Of a stretch of DNA of 64,000 nucleotides, positions 59,339 to 64,000 are shown piece by piece. How positions within the stretch are numbered: the stretch's first letter is position 1; every line of letters begins with the position of its first letter. The translations under genes were made by a program, and so were the position numbers. The notes beneath the pieces were generated by a model. The model had not been told where the DNA came from. It saw nothing but the letters and a program-made list of their open reading frames with translations, and ran no database searches. This stretch comes from Clostridia bacterium (lineage in GTDB: Bacteria > Bacillota > Clostridia > Oscillospirales > SIG627): NCBI GenBank assembly GCA_017440805.1, contig JAFSGN010000021.1, forward strand, positions 510 to 64,509. Direction: 5' to 3'.

Positions 59339-59596
59339 ATGGATATTAAAAGTGGAAGTATAGTGCTTTCCACAGCAGGTCGTGATTCCGACAGGATTTT
59401 CGCGGTAGTAGGAATAGTTGACAGTGATTATGTGCTGATTTCCGATGGCCGTGTCAGAAGACTTGAAGCTCCAAAAAAGAAGAAGCTTAAACATTTAAAA
59501 TTCATTTCACAGAGTGAAGAAATTACGCAAAAGATTTCTGACGGCAAGCTTACTAACAATATATTGAAGAAAGAGCTTTCTGTTATCATGTATTAA
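59339..59596 (+). CDS. KOW-domain RNA-binding protein (conserved Clostridia gene between map and infA)
   Basis: 85 aa. GSIVLSTAGRDSDRIFAVVG is a KOW-like motif. Confidence 0.8.
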   Translation: MDIKSGSIVLSTAGRDSDRIFAVVGIVDSDYVLISDGRVRRLEAPKKKKLKHLKFISQSEEITQKISDGKLTNNILKKELSVIMY

Positions 59597-59611
59597 GAAA
59601 GAGGGATATTT

Positions 59612-59827
59612 CTGGCTAAAGATGATGTAATGGAATTTGAGGGTACGGTTGTAGAAACTTTACCCAGCGCAAATTTTAAAGTAAAACTTCCCAATGACAT
59701 GGTTATACTTGCTCATGTTTCGGGAAAAATGCGTATGCACTATATAAAAATAATCCCGGGTGACAAAGTTCTTGTTGAGGTTTCGGTTTACGACCCGACC
59801 AAGGGCAGGATTACCCGCAGATTGTAA
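59612..59827 (+). CDS. infA: Translation initiation factor IF-1, apparent CTG start
   Basis: The first ATG (59630) would remove the conserved N-terminus. In frame upstream, CTG-GCT-AAA-GAT-GAT-GTA encodes (M)AKDDV, matching the IF-1 consensus MAKDDVIE.EG. SD AGAGGGA lies 7 nt before the CTG. Confidence 0.85.
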   Translation: MAKDDVMEFEGTVVETLPSANFKVKLPNDMVILAHVSGKMRMHYIKIIPGDKVLVEVSVYDPTKGRITRRL

Positions 59828-59849
59828 TTATCGATGGAGGTCGAATATA

Positions 59850-59963
59850 ATGAAAGTAAAACCTTCTGTAAAGAAAATATGTGAAAAATGCAAAATTATC
59901 AAAAGAAAAGGCGTTATCATGGTAATTTGCGAAAACCCCAAGCATAAACAGAAACAAGGATAA
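59850..59963 (+). CDS. rpmJ: 50S ribosomal protein L36
   Basis: [37 protein letters not shown]. Confidence 0.96.
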   Translation: MKVKPSVKKICEKCKIIKRKGVIMVICENPKHKQKQG

Positions 59964-59975
59964 GGAGGCAAATAA

Positions 59976-60344
59976 ATGGCTCGTATTGCAGGTGTAGATA
60001 TTCCCAGAGAAAAACGCGTTGAAATTGGTCTGACTTATATCTACGGTATAGGCAGAACAACCGCAAACAAAATCCTTGCAAAAACCGGTGTAAATCCTGA
60101 CACAAGATGTAAGGACCTCACCGATGAAGAAGTTGCCAAACTCCGTGATGTAATTCAGGAAGAATACACGGTTGAAGGTGACCTTCGCAGAGACATAGCA
60201 TACGATATCAAGAGAATGGTAGAAATCGGATGCTATCGCGGAGTAAGACACAGAAAAGGTCTTCCCGTTCGTGGACAGCGTACAAAAACAAACGCGCGTA
60301 CACGCAAGGGACCGGCTAAAACCATTGCGAATAAGAAGAAGTAA
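59976..60344 (+). CDS. rpsM: 30S ribosomal protein S13
   Basis: [15 protein letters not shown]... Confidence 0.98.
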   Translation: MARIAGVDIPREKRVEIGLTYIYGIGRTTANKILAKTGVNPDTRCKDLTDEEVAKLRDVIQEEYTVEGDLRRDIAYDIKRMVEIGCYRGVRHRKGLPVRGQRTKTNARTRKGPAKTIANKKK

Positions 60345-60359
60345 GGAGTGATTAATTAG

Positions 60360-60761
60360 ATGGCTGCAAAAGTACAGGCTAAGAAAGTAATCAGAAAACG
60401 CCGCGAACGTAAGAACATCGAGGCAGGCGCTGCACATATCCGTTCTACTTACAATAACACAATTGTAACTATCACAGATACGAACGGTAATGCAATATCT
60501 TGGGCTTCGGCAGGCGAGCTCGGCTTTAAAGGTTCTAAGAAGTCTACTCCCTTCGCTGCACAGATGGCTGCTGAAACTGCTGCTAAAGCCGCTATAGAGC
60601 ATGGCTTGAAGACAGTAGAGGTTTATGTAAAAGGTCCCGGACAGGGAAGAGAAAGTGCGATTCGTGCACTTCAGACCGCAGGACTCAGCATTAACCTTAT
60701 TAAAGATGTAACCCCCATTCCCCACAACGGATGCCGTCCTCCCAAGAGAAGACGCGTATAA
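60360..60761 (+). CDS. rpsK: 30S ribosomal protein S11
   Basis: [15 protein letters not shown] motif. Confidence 0.97.
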   Translation: MAAKVQAKKVIRKRRERKNIEAGAAHIRSTYNNTIVTITDTNGNAISWASAGELGFKGSKKSTPFAAQMAAETAAKAAIEHGLKTVEVYVKGPGQGRESAIRALQTAGLSINLIKDVTPIPHNGCRPPKRRRV

Positions 60762-60785
60762 TTTAAAATAGGAGGAGCAATAATT

Positions 60786-61412
60786 ATGGCAAAATATACA
60801 GGTCCTGCTTGCAGACAGTGCCGCAGAGAAGGCGTTAAGCTTTTTCTCAAAGGTGACCGTTGCTTTAGCGACAAATGTGCTATTTCCCGTCGTTCTACCG
60901 TTCCCGGTCAGCACGGCACAGGCAGAAAAACAGTAAAAGAATACGGCTTACAGCTTCGTGAAAAGCAGAAGGCAAAGAGATATTACGGTATTCTTGAAAA
61001 GCAGTTCAGAAACTACTACGAAAAGGCTTCCCGTCAGGAAGGTATGGCAGGCGAAAACTTGCTTACCCTTATTGAAAAGCGTCTTGACAATGTAGTATAC
61101 AGATTGGGCTTTGCTGAAAGCCGCAGAGAAGCAAGACAGTTCGTTCTTCACGGACACTTTACTCTCAACGGCAGAAAAGTAACTATCCCGTCTCTTATTG
61201 TAAAGCCGGGCGATGTTATTTCTATCAAGGACACCAGCCGTTCCAAGCCGCGTATTAAAGAGATTCTTGAAGGAATTGAAAGCACAAATGCACCTAAGTG
61301 GATTGAGCTCGATAAGACAAATTTTGTTGCAAAAATCGCTCAGAATCCTCAGCGTGACGATGTTGATTTTCCGTTCGAAGAACATCTTATCGTCGAGTTG
61401 TACTCCAAATAA
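60786..61412 (+). CDS. rpsD: 30S ribosomal protein S4
   Basis: [26 protein letters not shown]... Confidence 0.97.
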   Translation: MAKYTGPACRQCRREGVKLFLKGDRCFSDKCAISRRSTVPGQHGTGRKTVKEYGLQLREKQKAKRYYGILEKQFRNYYEKASRQEGMAGENLLTLIEKRLDNVVYRLGFAESRREARQFVLHGHFTLNGRKVTIPSLIVKPGDVISIKDTSRSKPRIKEILEGIESTNAPKWIELDKTNFVAKIAQNPQRDDVDFPFEEHLIVELYSK

Positions 61413-61481
61413 TAATATCCTCGAAGTTAGATTTATCTGCCCACAGAATGTGTTAAAAAAATTGATAAGGAGGGTATTTTT

Positions 61482-62426
61482 ATGATAGAAAGACCGAGCA
61501 TAACAACAGTAGAAACTTCAGAAGATGGAGCACATGGCGTATTTGTCGTTGAGCCACTTGAACGAGGTTTCGGTATGACTCTCGGCAACTCTTTACGCAG
61601 AATATTACTCAGCTCGTTACCCGGCGTAGCAGTGACTCGTGTTAAAATAGATGGTGTTTTACACGAAATTTCAACAATACCGGGTGTTAAAGAAGATGTA
61701 ACCGAAATAATCCTTAATATTAAGGGAATTACTGCTAAACTCCATTCAACCGTGCCTAAGACAGCAATTATTGATGTTCACGGTGAATGCGTTGTTACCG
61801 CAGGCGATATTGTTTCTGATTCCGAATTGGAAATAATAAATCCCGAACATCATATTGCAACCTTGTCATCCAGTGCTAACTTGTATATGGAACTTGTGTT
61901 CGATACAGGCCGCGGATATGTTTCTTCCGATAAGAATAAACAAAACGGCACACCGACCATAGGCGTTATATATACAGACTCTATATTTACTCCGGTATAT
62001 AAAGTAAATTATACCGTTGGAAATACCCGTGTCGGAAACAGCATTGATTTTGATAAGTTAACACTTGATGTAACAACAAACGGTATTATAACCGCCAAGG
62101 AATCTATTTCGCTTGCAGCCAAGATTCTCAACGAACATCTCAATCTCTTCGTTGACCTTTCAGATGAAGCAAAGAAAACTGAAATAATGGTTGACCGAGA
62201 AGAAACCATCAAAGAAAAAGTACTTGAGATGACCATTGAGGAACTTGACATGTCGGTTCGTTCCTTTAACTGCTTGAAGCGTGCAGGTATAGACACCGTA
62301 GAAGACCTTACAAATCGTACCGAAGAGGATATGATTAAGGTAAGAAATCTTGGTAAGAAATCGCTTGAGGAAGTTATACTGAAACTTAATTCTTTGGGCT
62401 TGAGCCTGAAGAAGGAAGAAGAATAA
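61482..62426 (+). CDS. rpoA: DNA-directed RNA polymerase subunit alpha
   Basis: 314 aa. [11 protein letters not shown] and the C-terminal domain [14 protein letters not shown]. Confidence 0.97.
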   Translation: MIERPSITTVETSEDGAHGVFVVEPLERGFGMTLGNSLRRILLSSLPGVAVTRVKIDGVLHEISTIPGVKEDVTEIILNIKGITAKLHSTVPKTAIIDVHGECVVTAGDIVSDSELEIINPEHHIATLSSSANLYMELVFDTGRGYVSSDKNKQNGTPTIGVIYTDSIFTPVYKVNYTVGNTRVGNSIDFDKLTLDVTTNGIITAKESISLAAKILNEHLNLFVDLSDEAKKTEIMVDREETIKEKVLEMTIEELDMSVRSFNCLKRAGIDTVEDLTNRTEEDMIKVRNLGKKSLEEVILKLNSLGLSLKKEEE

Positions 62427-62479
62427 TAAGTTAACTCAAGGTTTGTTTACAACCAATCTCATATAGGAGGTAAAAATAG

Positions 62480-62824
62480 ATGCCCGGAACAAGAAAACTC
62501 GGAAGAACAACTGACCATAGAATGGCAATGCTTCGTGGTATGGTAACTTTGCTTTTGGAAAAAGGCAGTATCCAGACCACAGTAACCCGTGCAAAAGAAG
62601 TCAGAAGTCTTACCGAAAAAATGATTACTCTTGGTAAAACTAACACACTTGCTTCGAGAAGACAGGCACTTGCTTTTATTACGAAGGAAGATGTTGTAAA
62701 AAATCTTTTTGATACTATCGCTCCATCTTACGCAGAACGCAAAGGCGGATATACCCGTATAATTAAAATCGGACCCCGCCGCGGTGATGCTGCAGAAATG
62801 GCGATTATCGAACTTGTAAAATAA
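62480..62824 (+). CDS. rplQ: 50S ribosomal protein L17
   Basis: [17 protein letters not shown] motif. Confidence 0.96.
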   Translation: MPGTRKLGRTTDHRMAMLRGMVTLLLEKGSIQTTVTRAKEVRSLTEKMITLGKTNTLASRRQALAFITKEDVVKNLFDTIAPSYAERKGGYTRIIKIGPRRGDAAEMAIIELVK

Positions 62825-62838
62825 TAAATTTACAAAGT

Positions 62839-62868
62839 AAAAAACGAGGATGTAAATCCTCGTTTTTT
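62839..62868 (+). terminator. Terminator of the alpha operon
   Basis: AAAACGAGGA-tgtaaa-TCCTCGTTTTTT. Confidence 0.85.
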
Positions 62869-62903
62869 ATATAACTATAAAGTAGTAATTTTGCCAATAT
62901 TAC

Positions 62904-62932
62904 TTGACAAAATATAAGATTTGTAGTATAAT
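62904..62932 (+). promoter_or_regulatory. Consensus sigma-A promoter for tRNA-Leu
   Basis: TTGACA-17 nt-TATAAT, 15 nt upstream of the tRNA 5' end. Confidence 0.6.
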
Positions 62933-62947
62933 TAACTATAAAAATCT

Positions 62948-63031
62948 GCGGCTGTGGCGGAATTGGCAGACGCGCTAGACTTAGGATCTAGTGTCAATGA
63001 CGTGGGGGTTCAAGTCCCTTCAGCCGCACCA
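62948..63031 (+). tRNA. tRNA-Leu (anticodon TAG), class II with long variable arm, CCA encoded
   Basis: Acceptor GCGGCTG/CAGCCGC. Anticodon stem CTAGA/TCTAG with loop CTTAGGA. T-loop GGTTCAAGTCC. Ends with 3' ACCA. Confidence 0.93.
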
Positions 63032-63071
63032 CCACTTTAGAGCTTGTAGGATTTGTTCCTGCAAGCTTTTT
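63018..63071 (+). repeat. Direct repeat copy A: tRNA-Leu 3' end plus terminator hairpin
   Basis: CTTCAGCCGCACCACC followed by AGCTTGTAGGA-tttgt-TCCTGCAAGCT and T5. Confidence 0.75.
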
Positions 63072-63182
63072 ACTTTGCATTATGACTTGACTTTCAAATC
63101 ATACTTCGCCTACGGCTCGTATTCTTTGGAAGGGACTCTCGGCTACAAAACAATTCACTGGATTGTTTTGCTTACGCCTCGT

Positions 63183-63235
63183 CTTCATCCGCACCACCGA
63201 CAAAAAGCTTACAGGATTTGACTGTAAGCTTTTTT
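63183..63235 (+). repeat. Direct repeat copy B (165 bp downstream): pseudo tRNA 3' end plus related terminator hairpin
   Basis: CTTCATCCGCACCACC (15 of 16 identical to copy A) followed by AAAAAGCTTACAG-gatttga-CTGTAAGCTTTTTT. No tRNA body precedes it. Confidence 0.7.
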
Positions 63236-64000
63236 CGTGCCTGTTATTAGTCAGGCTGATACTTCCTCGTAATCGTCTTCGCACATCATGCCAATTTCAT
63301 CCGTATAGCTCTTTTCAAGGAATGGTGCTTTCATTCGTATTTCAAGGCGGAGTCCGTATTCATCCTCATGAATAATTATCTTTTCTATCAGCAGACACAG
63401 GTTCGTGTGGCTCAGTTCCTTTTCACTTAATATCTTATCAAGTAAGCTTGCATTTTCGAGCATTGCCTTTTTTCTCTCTTTGATAGTTTTATCAATATTC
63501 TCTATTTTTGCAATCTCATTTTTGAACCCTTCCATTTCTCTGTTTCGCTTTTCTATCATTCTTTCATATCTCTCGGCATTATCCCTGTCCTTGATTTTCT
63601 CCATGAGTATTTGCTCGACCTCAAGCTCGGTAGCATTTATACTGTCCTGAATCCGTTTTATTCTCTTGCTGACATTGTTTTTCTGTGACATCCTTGATGA
63701 CCATATATCACTTTCGATTTGTCTTGAGCATTTGGATAATCCGTCTCTCATTACGGCAAGTTGCTTATAAATCTGTTCGTCAAGTACCGATTCGTTTATT
63801 CTGTGTGAGGAGCATACCATATGAGTGTGTCTGTGATAACCGTTACACACATATTCAATTCTGTCCGGCTTATCCGTAGTTTTTCTCCTTTTTGCCGTGA
63901 ATGTACTTCCGCAGTCTCCACATTTTAAGAGAGAAGCATATCTGTGACAAGGCTGATTATTTTGCGATTTCACTTTACCCTCTGAATTAATCCGTATAAT
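63236..64000. mobile_element. Probable left edge of an integrated element (prophage / ICE / transposon) carrying the serine recombinase
   Basis: The recombinase gene abuts the tRNA-associated repeat. The usual Firmicute genes after rplQ are absent in the remaining 1.2 kb. The extent is unknown because the window ends. Confidence 0.5.
63251..64000 (-). CDS. Large serine recombinase, C-terminal part (ORF continues past window end)
   Basis: HRYASLLKCGDCGSTFTAKRR...YVCNGYHRH...CSSHRI is a recombinase zinc beta-ribbon, followed by a long coiled-coil region typical of large serine recombinases. The reading frame stays open to position 64000. Confidence 0.8.
   Translation of the reverse strand: MIRINSEGKVKSQNNQPCHRYASLLKCGDCGSTFTAKRRKTTDKPDRIEYVCNGYHRHTHMVCSSHRINESVLDEQIYKQLAVMRDGLSKCSRQIESDIWSSRMSQKNNVSKRIKRIQDSINATELEVEQILMEKIKDRDNAERYERMIEKRNREMEGFKNEIAKIENIDKTIKERKKAMLENASLLDKILSEKELSHTNLCLLIEKIIIHEDEYGLRLEIRMKAPFLEKSYTDEIGMMCEDDYEEVSA

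Noticed and set aside
59811-60914. A 367-aa ORF antisense to rpmJ-rpsM-rpsK-rpsD. Similar long antisense ORFs occur at 49201-49941, 54774-55469, 17027-18013 and 11268-12053.
   Set aside because: They lie exactly opposite highly conserved, strongly codon-biased genes and cross intergenic gaps. They have low-complexity Cys/Phe/Ser-rich translations and no SD. This is the typical stop-codon-depleted antisense frame artefact.
63100-63198. A second (pseudo) tRNA gene ending at the duplicated CCGCACCA.
   Set aside because: There is no complementary 5' acceptor strand (GCGGATG), no T-arm and no anticodon stem upstream. Only the terminal 16 nt or so match.
62991-63375. Plus-strand ORFs of 76 and 70 aa covering the tRNA 3' end, the repeats and the recombinase 3' end.
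   Set aside because: They overlap a tRNA, two terminators and a convincing minus-strand CDS, and they have no SD.
1-64000. CRISPR arrays, retron or DGR-like repeats, toxin-antitoxin pairs and recognisable phage-defence operons.
   Set aside because: Reading the intergenic regions showed no regularly spaced direct repeats. No gene pair or cluster with defence-type domains was recognised. Apart from the right-hand edge, the window is dominated by core genes.

Overview
This 64-kb window comes from a low-GC, spore-forming Firmicute of class Clostridia, shown by spoIVA, a spoVM-like micro-ORF and a SpoIID-domain protein. Family-level placement is not supportable from sequence alone.

Gene content, left to right:
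- 1-10.7 kb: ahcY, then a cell-envelope block. It holds a DUF4430 lipoprotein, a 1016-aa GHL10 plus Amidase_3 fusion, a secreted protein, and a tightly coupled operon of SBP-like lipoprotein, 178-aa secreted protein and SpoIID-domain protein.
- 10.7-11.3 kb: a 560-bp AT-rich spacer without credible ORFs that carries a dense DnaA-box cluster.
- 11.3-47 kb: mostly housekeeping and accessory metabolism. This includes acyl-CoA ligase, a DUF1836/DUF1846 pair, spoVM-spoIVA, an amidase, DeoR and HAD genes, split chrA, membrane pyrophosphatase, an AraC-uxuA-SDR-eda-kdgK block, nadA, permeases, rubredoxin, a TAXI-TRAP transporter, an SNF transporter, hom-pheST, two-domain PPK2 with a SUKH protein, and sortase B.
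- 47.3-62.8 kb: the complete S10-spc-alpha ribosomal protein supercluster, 32 genes from rpsJ to rplQ including secY, adk, map, infA and rpoA.
- 62.9-64 kb: a tRNA-Leu(UAG), a duplicated copy of the tRNA 3' end plus terminator, and the 3' part of a large serine recombinase gene running off the window. This is probably the edge of an integrated element.

I did not find a CRISPR array, a recognisable defence island or a toxin-antitoxin pair.

The strongest non-obvious signals are:
- the DnaA-box cluster, with no dnaA gene anywhere in the window;
- the unannotated spoVM-like 24-codon ORF directly upstream of spoIVA;
- the att-like duplication at tRNA-Leu;
- an infA that appears to start at CTG;
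- a roughly 320-nt structured leader ahead of rpsJ.

Coordinates of small features were counted by hand and may be off by 1-2 nt.
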